Shown in pieces: positions 37,325-46,266 of a stretch of DNA of 64,000 nt. The notes under the pieces are model-generated. The model had not been told where the DNA came from. It did no database searches and saw only the letters and a list, made by a program, of their open reading frames with translations. The stretch is from positions 17,220-81,219 of the IMG/VR virus record IMGVR_UViG_3300042560_001229; one strand, written 5' to 3'. A program made the translations under genes and the position numbers. The stretch is from a virus. The stretch's first letter is position 1. Each line of letters begins with the position of its first letter.

Positions 37325-38044
37325 AGCAGACCATCCATCCAAACCAAGAAAGGCTACGATATGTTTGAAGTATCGTCAGCATTGCAGAAGTCCATCCGCC
37401 GAGGCATGGAGAAAGAAGCCCTGTATTGGGCGCACGAGTTGGTGCAGTCCAACTACCATAACTACCTTTGGAAGCGGCTGGCCATCGTCGCGGTGGAGGA
37501 CATCGGCCCTGCCGACCCTGATGCCATCGTGCGGGTCATGGCCATGAAGCAGGCGTTTTACGACGAGAAGGAGAACAAGGGTGGTGGCACCCTGTTTTAC
37601 GTGTCGGCGGTGATGCTGATGTGCCGTTCGCACAAGTCGCGCCTGTGGGATTGGGCAACGTGCAGCATGCTGGCTTCCCACAATCGTCGGGCCGAGGACA
37701 TTCCCGACTTCGCCATTGATAAGCACACGCGCAGGGGCAAGATGATGGGTAGGGGACGCGATCACTTTTTGAAGGAGGGCACCAAGCTGCATCCTCACAA
37801 GACCCAACCCGGCGAGGAGGAGTTGAAGCAGGAAACCATGCTGCTGTGGGATGACAAGTCCGAGGCCGAGCACGCCGCCCTTCCTCACAATCACAAAGAT
37901 CGCGCCAAGGGTTCGGTGCCCACCGACTCTGATGAAGGAGTCACCGGACGCTTCCCTATCGGGGCGTCTGATGAAGGCCCAAGGGTGCGGACGAAGAAAC
38001 GCCGCCGCACCGCCGCCGAGGCTGAACTGGACTTCGGCAAATGA
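37322..38044 (+). CDS. RarA/MgsA C-terminal-domain-like protein (no AAA domain)
   Basis: SALQKSIRRG..ALYWA..WKRL..VEDIGPAD..IPDFAIDKHT. Confidence 0.8.
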   Translation: MSRPSIQTKKGYDMFEVSSALQKSIRRGMEKEALYWAHELVQSNYHNYLWKRLAIVAVEDIGPADPDAIVRVMAMKQAFYDEKENKGGGTLFYVSAVMLMCRSHKSRLWDWATCSMLASHNRRAEDIPDFAIDKHTRRGKMMGRGRDHFLKEGTKLHPHKTQPGEEELKQETMLLWDDKSEAEHAALPHNHKDRAKGSVPTDSDEGVTGRFPIGASDEGPRVRTKKRRRTAAEAELDFGK

Positions 38045-38613
38045 ACCAGACGCCGTGGGTCATCCGCACCGTGGCCGTCAAGGCCACAACTTCTGAGCCG
38101 GTGCCCAAGGCCGACTGGCGCAAGGGCACGGTGCGGCGTTACTCTATGGTAGAGCCGGGTGAGTATAGCATTGTGGAGAAACCCGGCCTCGTCCATCGCA
38201 GCGGTTGGTTCGGCATTGTGAAGGGAGAGAACACGCTAACCCATATCCCTACCGGGAGGGGTTTGAACATTGGCCACCGGCTGAACCATGAGCAGTGCAA
38301 ACGATACGGGGAATGGCTGGCTGAGTTGGAGCCGAATGAGGCGTTCTGGAACCGGAACATGGAGAGTTGGGATGATGAGAAGATAGGCAGGCGCAAACGT
38401 CCCTTTCGTAAGACGCTGACTGACTACCTGTATTGGCTGACCACCGATGACCCCTGCTGTGAGCCAGCAGCCTGTGAGTTCTGCCAAGGCACCGGAGCCG
38501 CTGGCGAGTGGAGCACGAATGTATTTGGCGAATGGGTATGGCAGTGCGTTGGTGTCCCATGCTCACTCTGCAACGGATTGGGTGTAACTCCGGCACACAA
38601 TGAGGGTCTTTAG
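38041..38613 (+). CDS. Hypothetical protein with C-terminal CxxCxGxG zinc motifs
   Basis: CEFCQGTG..CSLCNGLG. Confidence 0.6.
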   Translation: MNQTPWVIRTVAVKATTSEPVPKADWRKGTVRRYSMVEPGEYSIVEKPGLVHRSGWFGIVKGENTLTHIPTGRGLNIGHRLNHEQCKRYGEWLAELEPNEAFWNRNMESWDDEKIGRRKRPFRKTLTDYLYWLTTDDPCCEPAACEFCQGTGAAGEWSTNVFGEWVWQCVGVPCSLCNGLGVTPAHNEGL

Positions 38614-38722
38614 AAGTGAGTTTTCCTTGGCCAAAAAGAGTCCTCCTAGTTGTTTTGGTGGCCTTTCCCACCATCCACCCTCTTGTGAGCGCAAACGATG
38701 GTTTCCAGCGAAATGAGTCTTT

Positions 38723-38785
38723 TTTGCAACTGTTGCAAAATAATCGTTGACGATGAATCGGTTTTGCACTAAGTTCGTGGCCATG
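38723..38785 (+). promoter_or_regulatory. Early-type promoter cassette
   Basis: Palindrome 38723-38739, TTGACG 38747, TAAGTT 38770, ATG 38783. Confidence 0.8.
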
Positions 38786-39127
38786 AGCAAATACACCCCG
38801 ATCAGTGAAGACCAAATGGATGCCGTATTTCAGCCCGCAAAGGGCTGGACGAAGACCGCCACCCAAAACGGGCACGGCGAGTTCGTGTATCAGTATCGCA
38901 CCAACTTCAACCCGGCCTTCGTCGTGAAGGTCTATTCGTCCGTGTCGGCCAGCCGTCAGGTCAGCCGCAAGGTGGGTCTGGATGCCATCCGGGTCTGCGC
39001 GGTGAACACTGTGACCGACCGTGGCCTTATCAAATCCGCCCGCATCCACCGCACCGCTGGCTGGGAAGCCCGCGTGCGGGAGCGCGTCCTCGCCACCCTC
39101 ACCGCCCTTAAAGCCCGCCGCGCATGA
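38783..39127 (+). CDS. Hypothetical early protein
   Basis: VKVYSSV..SRKVGLDAIRV..RIHRTAGW. Confidence 0.7.
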   Translation: MSKYTPISEDQMDAVFQPAKGWTKTATQNGHGEFVYQYRTNFNPAFVVKVYSSVSASRQVSRKVGLDAIRVCAVNTVTDRGLIKSARIHRTAGWEARVRERVLATLTALKARRA

Positions 39128-39255
39128 AAGACGCAATCTCCAAGCAAGTCGGCCCGCCCTACTCCACCAGCCGCTCGTTCGAGAAGGCCATGAAGAAGCG
39201 CACCCATAAGAAACGCCGTCAGGAAGGCCGCAAAGCCTGCACGAAAAATCTCTGA

Positions 39256-39310
39256 TTGACTACGAATCAGTCAGCAGCTACCTTTCCACTTCACCGCAGT
39301 TACAACCGCA
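39256..39310 (+). promoter_or_regulatory. Early-type promoter with TTCACCGCAGYTACAACC leader
   Basis: TTGACT-ACGAATC, TACCTT; leader shared with the 42661 promoter. Confidence 0.7.
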
Positions 39311-39329
39311 AACCATAGAAATCGAAGAT

Positions 39330-40958
39330 ATGAGCAAACCGCAGATTACATCGGCTCGACAGAGCTACATTGACCAGCTTGACCTGCTCTCGGCAGCAGC
39401 CGTGGGTGTCGTGCTGACTCGCACCCGCGAACCGCACCGGGCCGAGGAAGCCATCAAGGAGTGGACGTTCACGAAGAAGCGTTCCTTCAAAAGCTGGAAC
39501 GCCGTGCGCGGCTGGAAGGAGTCCAAGCCCGACATGCGTGCCACCGTGCCCCCGCCTGACAAGGTGACGGACTTCTACCTCGCCCTCCAGAAGATCGCTG
39601 ATGTCGCCGGGAACGGTGCCGCAGCGTGGCAGGACATCACGCTTGTCGCCCACTACCCGCATTGGAATCTGGCCAAGTCTCCGGCGCAGATGCAGTTGCT
39701 CAAGGAATACAGCCGCGACTTCACGGAGACGAAGCAACGGCTCGTCCTGCTCGTGCCCGAGGCATTCGTCCTCCCGCCCGAGTTGCAGAACGACATCGCC
39801 GTGCTCGACTTCGGCCTCCCCTACCGGGACGAGTTGCGCGAGATTTACGATAACGTGATGGATGCGTCCAAGGAAGTCAGCGGGCACTCGGCACCCTATA
39901 ACGAGGACGAGATTGGCACGCTGCTCGGTTCCGGTGCGGGCATGACCGAGGCCGAGTTTGAAATGGCTCTGAGCAAGGCGATTCTCACCCATAAGGAGAA
40001 GTGGCCGAAGGTGCCGGTGAAGGACATGAACCGGGTGCTGCTCGAAGCGAAGACCGATGTGGTCAAGCGTTCGGAGATTCTCGAACTCATGGACATCGTG
40101 GATATGAAGGAAGTCGGCGGTCTGGACTTGGCGAAGGATTGGATTGCCAAGCGCAAGCGTTGCTTCACTCAGGAGGCCACCGACTTCGGAGTTGACCGTC
40201 CCAAGGGCATCGCCGCCATCGGGCCTCCCGGCACCGGCAAGAGCCTGTTCGCCAAGGCACTGGCTGGCCTGCTCTCAGTCCCTCTTATCAAGTTCGATGT
40301 GAGCAAGGTGTTCGGCTCGCTGGTGGGGCAGACGGAGACGAAAACGCATTCCGCCCTCATGCAATGCGATGCGATGGCCCCATGCGTGGTGCTCATTGAC
40401 GAAGTGGATAAGGCGGGCATTGACCCGAGGCAGGGCGGCGGTGACTCCGGCACCAGCAAACGGGTCATCGGGAAAATCCTGACGCACATGCAGGAGAGCA
40501 AAGCACCGATCTTTTGGGTGCTCACTGCCAACCGCGTGGATGGGCTTCCGCCCGAGTTGCTCCGCAAGGGACGACTGGACGAAGTGTTCGCCATTCTTCC
40601 GCCGAACAAGGTGGAGCGCATGGAAATCGTTAAGATTCACCTTCGCAAGCGCAAGCAAGACCCGAGCAAGATGAAGGACTTGTCCTTGGTCGTGGACGCC
40701 AGCGAGGGCTTCGTCTCTGCGGAACTGGAAGGTGCCGTCAAGGACGCTGTGATTGAGGCGTTCACGGAGGGCACGGAAGTCACCGGGGCCATGATCGCGG
40801 AACAGTTGAAGGGCATGAAGCCCATCAGCGTGGCCTTCGCCGACGACTTTAATGCGATGAAGGAGTGGGCTGCCAATAACGCACGCATGGCCAGCACGCA
40901 GGACGAAGTGGACGAGACTGTGCAATTCCGTCCCCGGCGTCGTAGGATGGAGCAGTAA
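39330..40958 (+). CDS. Ycf46-like AAA+ ATPase
   Basis: VGGLD.AK.W, GPPGTGKS, VLIDEVDK, TAN..LPPELLRKGRLDE, degenerate N-terminal AAA. Confidence 0.9.
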   Translation: MSKPQITSARQSYIDQLDLLSAAAVGVVLTRTREPHRAEEAIKEWTFTKKRSFKSWNAVRGWKESKPDMRATVPPPDKVTDFYLALQKIADVAGNGAAAWQDITLVAHYPHWNLAKSPAQMQLLKEYSRDFTETKQRLVLLVPEAFVLPPELQNDIAVLDFGLPYRDELREIYDNVMDASKEVSGHSAPYNEDEIGTLLGSGAGMTEAEFEMALSKAILTHKEKWPKVPVKDMNRVLLEAKTDVVKRSEILELMDIVDMKEVGGLDLAKDWIAKRKRCFTQEATDFGVDRPKGIAAIGPPGTGKSLFAKALAGLLSVPLIKFDVSKVFGSLVGQTETKTHSALMQCDAMAPCVVLIDEVDKAGIDPRQGGGDSGTSKRVIGKILTHMQESKAPIFWVLTANRVDGLPPELLRKGRLDEVFAILPPNKVERMEIVKIHLRKRKQDPSKMKDLSLVVDASEGFVSAELEGAVKDAVIEAFTEGTEVTGAMIAEQLKGMKPISVAFADDFNAMKEWAANNARMASTQDEVDETVQFRPRRRRMEQ

Positions 40959-41037
40959 CAGTCGCCACAAATGACCACCACGTTGCGAATGACCCTCTAC
41001 CCATACCAATCCACCAGAATGAAAGGAGCAGCCCACC

Positions 41038-41661
41038 ATGCCACTGATTAGCACGATGACCGGAAGCGAAACCGTAGCCGATGGCTTTGCCAAGGTGTTC
41101 GCCTTCCATGTAACCCGCGAGGCTGAGACTTTCATCGGCCAAGCAGCCAAGACGGGGGAGAAGGTTAGGGCGGTTGGCAGTCCCGTCAGGGAAAGCGCCG
41201 TGGCTGGCATCCGTCAGGAGATAGGAGGGTCTTGGGTGATGCAGTCGTTCGAGGTTGAGGACGATGAAATCATCAAGGTGTTTGCCCAGCGCAGGAACGC
41301 ATGGAACAAGCTGATCGTGGCCGCGCAGCTTCTCCTGCTATGCCGCACCACCGGCCCGCTGACCCGCATCACCATCCCTCTACTCAACCGTCCCGGCAAG
41401 AGCCGGTTCACGGAGGCGGTGATGCAGGGCCGGTTTGAAGTCGTCACCCCGCAGGAGGCGTTTGAGCGACATGGCATCACCGTCCCGCCGCACTTCATGC
41501 GGTTCTACCATCCGAGTTCGCAGCAGTCGGTGTTCAACGTCACGCAAGTCGAAGCGGCCAGTTCGGTGAAGCAGAAGATCGTGGCCACCATCACCAAGGC
41601 CGATGACGGAGCCACCGTGGTTGTCCGTTCGGTGAAACGTCGGAGGGCATTCGAGCTATGA
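41038..41661 (+). CDS. Hypothetical protein with C-terminal KRRRAFEL
   Basis: AAGGAG upstream; ORF. Confidence 0.7.
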   Translation: MPLISTMTGSETVADGFAKVFAFHVTREAETFIGQAAKTGEKVRAVGSPVRESAVAGIRQEIGGSWVMQSFEVEDDEIIKVFAQRRNAWNKLIVAAQLLLLCRTTGPLTRITIPLLNRPGKSRFTEAVMQGRFEVVTPQEAFERHGITVPPHFMRFYHPSSQQSVFNVTQVEAASSVKQKIVATITKADDGATVVVRSVKRRRAFEL

Positions 41662-42107
41662 GTCAGTCATCCGATAACAAGAAGTGGCGGCAGAACGTGC
41701 CATCAAACATCGGCATGTTGGGGCTGCTTGTTCCGCCGAAGGTCAAGACCAGTCTGCCGAAGCCTTACCAATACGAGGCACCGATTGCTGCGGTGCAGGA
41801 CATGGTGCGACAGTTGAAGATCGAGGAGAAATCTGATCGCAAGTTGCAGTGCTACCTTGTTGCCACCAAGCCAGTCAGCAAGGGTATCCGACTGACCATC
41901 TTCATGCTCGGCTATCAGCCCGGACTGTGTGGAGAGAGTGGGACTGGTGCAGGGTTGGATAAGTCTCAATGGGAGGCCATGACCGGCACTGTGCGGATGA
42001 TTCTGGAGCACGACTTGGGCAAGGTGCCTCTCTATGTCGAGCCGTGGCGCAAGGGGAAGAAGTTTCAAGCCCGCTTCGAGACTTACATCAAATACTCAGA
42101 ACTATGA
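41658..42107 (+). CDS. Hypothetical protein
   Basis: ATGA overlap. Confidence 0.6.
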   Translation: MSQSSDNKKWRQNVPSNIGMLGLLVPPKVKTSLPKPYQYEAPIAAVQDMVRQLKIEEKSDRKLQCYLVATKPVSKGIRLTIFMLGYQPGLCGESGTGAGLDKSQWEAMTGTVRMILEHDLGKVPLYVEPWRKGKKFQARFETYIKYSEL

Positions 42108-42316
42108 CCACCCGCGACCAGTTTGTAGCCTACGTTGACCGGATGGATGCGCGGCAGCGGTTCTCGGACTTATACACCCGCCCCGTCGAGGAGTATCTCA
42201 CCGAGTATTGTGGGTCGGCGCAGGAGGCTGAGGATGCTTCGGACGGCGAGAAGCAACTGTGGCAGAGCATCTGCAACGATTTGGGGCTTCCCTTCCCACC
42301 AGAGGACGAAGCATGA
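42104..42316 (+). CDS. Hypothetical protein
   Basis: ATGA overlaps at both ends. Confidence 0.6.
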   Translation: MTTRDQFVAYVDRMDARQRFSDLYTRPVEEYLTEYCGSAQEAEDASDGEKQLWQSICNDLGLPFPPEDEA

Positions 42317-42621
42317 GCAAGAACCAAGTGCTTGTGCCGATGGAGACAATGTGCCCGACCTGCCCGTTCCGGCCCGAGGGCTATACCGAAGTTCGCAGCC
42401 TGCTGGTTGAACGTGCGACGAGCGAGGCGACACCCATCTGCCACTCGACCGGGGACACAGAGATTGTCCCTCCAGAAGATCGGCTGGACGCCAACCCAAG
42501 GGCGTGCCGGGGTGCGCGGAATCTGCAACTGCAACGCTTTGCCAAGATGGGGTTCATCACCGCCCCGACTGACGAGGCATGGTTTGCCAAGTGCAAGGAA
42601 ATGGGACTCCCGACACCGTGA
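42313..42621 (+). CDS. Cys-rich protein (DUF6283-like)
   Basis: CPTCPFR..ICH..CRGAR. Confidence 0.65.
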   Translation: MSKNQVLVPMETMCPTCPFRPEGYTEVRSLLVERATSEATPICHSTGDTEIVPPEDRLDANPRACRGARNLQLQRFAKMGFITAPTDEAWFAKCKEMGLPTP

Positions 42622-42623
42622 CC

Positions 42624-42712
42624 TTTGAAACTGTTGCAAAATCTTTTTGAAAATTTCGGATTGACCACGAATCAGTCATGGTCTAAGTTTCAGTTCACCG
42701 CAGCTACAACCC
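42624..42712 (+). promoter_or_regulatory. Early-type promoter cassette
   Basis: Palindrome 42624-42640, TTGACC-ACGAATC 42661, TAAGTT 42684. Confidence 0.78.
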
Positions 42713-42742
42713 GCCCAACAGGGCACAGCAGAAACAGACAGT

Positions 42743-43183
42743 ATGAGTAAAACGACCACCATTAACAAAGTCCCGATTCGGGACATCGCCGCCCTGCATT
42801 CCGCAGCGACGGACTTGAAGAACGCCGGAGTGAATTGCTCCCTCGTTGCCAACACCGGATGCCGCCTCTGGTATTCGGAGCAGCAGTGCGCCTACGTGCT
42901 CAAGCTGCCTGACTGCCAGTTCGACCTTGGCATCGTCAAGAACGGGGATGGCACCTATTCCACCGTGACCGATCTGCACGCCGGTTTGGTGTCCCGGCAG
43001 ATTGGGCAGACCGCCCCGCCGTCCTGTGGCTTCACGCCCGAGGAGTTGGCCATCGGCAAGTTCATGCAGGAGTATGGCAAGCACGCCGCCATCAATGCCG
43101 CAATGGAGGCAGGCCACCAAGTAAGCGGCTGCTACCTTGACGAGCAAGGCGAGTATCAGTTGGAACTCGAAGTCACCCTCTAA
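42743..43183 (+). CDS. DUF1257/Ycf35-like protein
   Basis: IRDIAAL..FDLGIVKNGDGTY..D..GKFMQEY..AMEAGHQV. Confidence 0.7.
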   Translation: MSKTTTINKVPIRDIAALHSAATDLKNAGVNCSLVANTGCRLWYSEQQCAYVLKLPDCQFDLGIVKNGDGTYSTVTDLHAGLVSRQIGQTAPPSCGFTPEELAIGKFMQEYGKHAAINAAMEAGHQVSGCYLDEQGEYQLELEVTL

Positions 43184-43215
43184 CCGCAACACCGAACCAG
43201 AAAGAAACCACCAGT

Positions 43216-43413
43216 ATGCCGAAAATCCGAGTCACCATCAATAAAGTCGGGGGAGTCAAAGCCGAGGGCGAAGGGTTCGTCCAAGGCCAGTGCCATACGA
43301 GCATGGCTCCCATCCTCTCCGTGTTCAGCGGAGGCACCGGAATCCAAACGTCCGAGGAGAAGCCGGACTTGAACGTGCTGGACGAAGGCGAGCACGAGCA
43401 CATCGCCCTCTAG
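43216..43413 (+). CDS. DUF2997-like protein
   Basis: IRVTI..GGVKAEGEGF..GQC..EEKPD. Confidence 0.65.
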   Translation: MPKIRVTINKVGGVKAEGEGFVQGQCHTSMAPILSVFSGGTGIQTSEEKPDLNVLDEGEHEHIAL

Positions 43414-43416
43414 GTC

Positions 43417-43788
43417 ATGGGAAAGCAACTCATTACCATTGGCGTAGGCGGGTCGTTGACCGGCCTGCAAATGAAGAAAGGCGCGGGGCTGGACTTACGG
43501 AAGTTCGGCCCCGCCGCCATCGTCCGCTCGACCGAAATCGAATGGGACGAGGAACAGCAAAAGTGGTTCGTCCACTTTCTCCAAGGGCAGCGCAAGGACA
43601 CCGTGCTGACGCGCACTGACTTCCATGAGTATGTCGTCCCTCCTATCCACCAGACGGTAGGGGAGGCCAAGCTGAACGGATGGAAGTGGCAGGATGCCAT
43701 GCTCTACTCGGATTACGAGGATGCCGTCGCCGCCGAAGTCGCCGCCATTCAAGCCATGCGGAAGAAGCATGGGAAGGAGTTCGTATGA
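43417..43788 (+). CDS. Conserved protein of the AAA/DUF1257/DUF2997 module
   Basis: LDLRKFG..IVRSTEIEW..W..YEDAVAAEV. Confidence 0.6.
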   Translation: MGKQLITIGVGGSLTGLQMKKGAGLDLRKFGPAAIVRSTEIEWDEEQQKWFVHFLQGQRKDTVLTRTDFHEYVVPPIHQTVGEAKLNGWKWQDAMLYSDYEDAVAAEVAAIQAMRKKHGKEFV

Positions 43789-44516
43789 GCGTGGAGTTCA
43801 AGACGCTCATGGGCACCACCATCCCAAGGGAAGCTGTGCCGATCTTTCTGTTCAAGGACGGCACGCACTGGTGCGCGGTGCGTCCTGACTTCATCAACTT
43901 GCATGAGAGCATCGCCGGATTCGGTGTCACGCAAGGTGAGGCTGTGATGAATCTGGAAAGTAACGAGGCCATCGCACCGAGAACGGTTGTGCAGCCTGAC
44001 GGCTCGGCGCTGGGGGAGATTCCTCCGGTTGAGGATACCGGCCTGTTCGGCGGAGTCATTCCCGAAGGAGCCACTGACATCACGCTAGAGCAGCAGGCCG
44101 TGCTGGACGCCATACTGCCGGAGCCACCTAACCCTGCCTACCGCACTACGGTTCGTATCGTTACCTCGATGGGGAGTCTTGCCTTGGACTATGACGGGCC
44201 GGTTCGGTTCCAGCACGGAGTCACCGATGCTGATGAAGGTGAGTTGCGAGCCATCCTGCAACCCGGCAGGCATGAGTTCGTGGTCATCACCCGGCCTTAT
44301 GCTCCCGATGTCGAAGCTGAGGAAAAGCCCGACGCCGAGGGCTGGTATAACTTGCAGACCCAAAGCAAGATGCCGGAGCCTCGCGTGGCGGTGCAAGTCA
44401 AAGGGCACTTAGGGGATGACACGGTCGGCGTCACCTACTGGTCGCATAAAATGGGCGACTGGATGTGCAGCGGCGACCCGACGCACTGGCGTCCCATTCC
44501 TCCAGAAAAAGTGTAG
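43785..44516 (+). CDS. Mosaic hypothetical protein with DUF551-like C-terminus
   Basis: KMPE..THWRPIP. Confidence 0.6.
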   Translation: MSVEFKTLMGTTIPREAVPIFLFKDGTHWCAVRPDFINLHESIAGFGVTQGEAVMNLESNEAIAPRTVVQPDGSALGEIPPVEDTGLFGGVIPEGATDITLEQQAVLDAILPEPPNPAYRTTVRIVTSMGSLALDYDGPVRFQHGVTDADEGELRAILQPGRHEFVVITRPYAPDVEAEEKPDAEGWYNLQTQSKMPEPRVAVQVKGHLGDDTVGVTYWSHKMGDWMCSGDPTHWRPIPPEKV

Positions 44517-44659
44517 CAGTGGGGAAACCGGAGAAGGGGTGTCACAGCCCCTTCTCCGCGTCCTTGCCCTCCAGACCACCCAACCCCCACCCGGCACCGG
44601 AAAACGATTCCTACGCCATCCTCAGCGCACCATTTTGATGAAATTCCACCCTTCCCACC

Positions 44660-45001
44660 ATGCCCATTCAAGAAAACGCCTGTGACTGTCCGCACTGCCG
44701 AGCCATGTGCCAGAGTCCCTGCATAGGGACGCCCGAGGACATCGCCCGATTGATTGCCGCAGGGCACCGGGACAAACTCGCTCCGACCCTCTACGCGCCG
44801 CTCCTCGACTACGGCGTTCCGCCTGTGAGCATGGTGGCTCCACTCAAGACTGAGAAGGGCTGTGTCTTTCGCACCGAGGAAGGTCTGTGTTCGTTGCACG
44901 CCAGCGGACTGAAACCGTTGGAGGGTAAGCTGGCCTCGTGCAAGCACACGCCCAAGGAATCCCTCATGGTCATCGCGGCAGTAACGAAGACATGGCTGTG
45001 A
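44660..45001 (+). CDS. Cys-cluster (YkgJ-like) protein
   Basis: CDCPHCRAMC..CVF..GLCSLH..KPLEG. Confidence 0.65.
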   Translation: MPIQENACDCPHCRAMCQSPCIGTPEDIARLIAAGHRDKLAPTLYAPLLDYGVPPVSMVAPLKTEKGCVFRTEEGLCSLHASGLKPLEGKLASCKHTPKESLMVIAAVTKTWL

Positions 45002-45034
45002 GCACACGCAATAGGGACGGTGAGAAAGTAGCCA

Positions 45035-45074
45035 TTGACAACGAAACGTCCTCTCTGATAGCGTCTTACCCATG
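45035..45074 (+). promoter_or_regulatory. Early-type promoter
   Basis: TTGACA-ACGAAAC, TAGCGT, ATG at 45072. Confidence 0.65.
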
Positions 45075-45413
45075 AAGAAAGACATCGAAAAGTATCTGAT
45101 ACCGGGCGACCGTCCGCTGGTCATCCTTCCCGAACTGGCTAGGGAGTTGGGTTTGGAGCAGGCGGTGGTTTTGCAACAGTTGCATTGGCTGCTGAGGGAC
45201 GAGCGCAACGGCAAATTGCTGAAAGATGGGAAGCGGTGGGTGTTCAACACTTACGAGGATTGGGTGAAGAATTACTTCGTGTGGATGAGCGAGCGCACCC
45301 TCCGCAGAGTGTTCACAGAACTGGAGACGCTGGGTGCCATTGAGTCGTGCCAGCCCGAAGGTGGTATCTCCCGGCGCAAATACTACCGAATGCTGATAGG
45401 AGGAACGAAGTGA
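45072..45413 (+). CDS. Replication-initiator N-terminal wHTH (lambda O/DnaD-like), short or split
   Basis: PELARELGLEQAVVLQQLHWLL..WVFNTYEDW..SERTLRR..LE.LG. Confidence 0.75.
   Translation: MKKDIEKYLIPGDRPLVILPELARELGLEQAVVLQQLHWLLRDERNGKLLKDGKRWVFNTYEDWVKNYFVWMSERTLRRVFTELETLGAIESCQPEGGISRRKYYRMLIGGTK
45170..45186. repeat. 17-bp palindromic dispersed repeat (intragenic)
   Basis: TTTGCAACAGTTGCATT. Confidence 0.85.
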
Positions 45414-45423
45414 GAAACCATGT

Positions 45424-45489
45424 GGCCATTTTGGACGCATCCACCGGCCATCCTGACCGCTTCCTCATGCGGCCAATTTGGACGGTTCC
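45424..45489 (+). repeat. Three 19-bp iteron-like direct repeats
   Basis: GGCCATTTTGGACGCATCC, GGCCATCCTGACCGCTTCC, GGCCAATTTGGACGGTTCC. Confidence 0.65.
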
Positions 45490-45555
45490 TATAACAAGAA
45501 GGACTGCAAGCATCACCGACAAGAACTGCTCGCGCAGACGCGAGGTAGGAGGGCT

Positions 45556-46266
45556 ATGCTGAAAGTCTCGACCAAACCCAAGGCCACGGAGCCGCCCCCT
45601 ACCATGAGCCTTGATGAACGGGTGGCAAGGGCCACGGAACGCTGTGACACCATCCGGCAGAAGAAGAAGCAGAAAGCCGCCGAGTCCGGTCTGTGCTCGG
45701 CGCGGGAGTTGCGGAAGCTGTGGCTTAGTGCTGGCGGTGCGACCGTGCTGCCGGTGACGACGCAGGACGCCATCATCCTTCACCAAGAAATGAAACGCCA
45801 CGCGGCGCGGAAGGAGAAAGTCGGGTTCATTGAACTGATGGAGTGGAGCATCGCCAACTGGCCGCTGATGATGGACGCGCATTTTCACACCATGCAGAAC
45901 CGGCCCGAGTTACCGGCCATCCGCTTTTTCGTGAAGTGCATCGGCAAGTTCCTGTTCGCTTACGATGAACGCGGCAGGCTGGAGCGCATGGCGAACATGA
46001 CGACCCGCGAACGCATGGTGGACACCCTGATGCGGAGGAAGGGCATGACGCAGGCGGCAGCGGAGCGGGAGGTTGATGAACGCCTTGGCCTGACCAAGCT
46101 GAAAGCCGAGATTGAAACCGAACGCCGGAAATTGCAACAGTTGCAAGACCGGCACCAGCAAACCAAAGAAACCGAAGAAAGAATCGCCATGATGAACCGA
46201 ACCGTGCAGCGCAAGGAACTGCGAGCCGTGCAGGGTGTGGGAGGCACCTACGAGCAATGGACTTAG
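45556..46266 (+). CDS. Hypothetical replication-region protein
   Basis: AGGAGG upstream; coiled-coil C-terminus. Confidence 0.65.
   Translation: MLKVSTKPKATEPPPTMSLDERVARATERCDTIRQKKKQKAAESGLCSARELRKLWLSAGGATVLPVTTQDAIILHQEMKRHAARKEKVGFIELMEWSIANWPLMMDAHFHTMQNRPELPAIRFFVKCIGKFLFAYDERGRLERMANMTTRERMVDTLMRRKGMTQAAAEREVDERLGLTKLKAEIETERRKLQQLQDRHQQTKETEERIAMMNRTVQRKELRAVQGVGGTYEQWT
46131..46147. repeat. 17-bp palindromic dispersed repeat (intragenic)
   Basis: ATTGCAACAGTTGCAAG. Confidence 0.85.
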
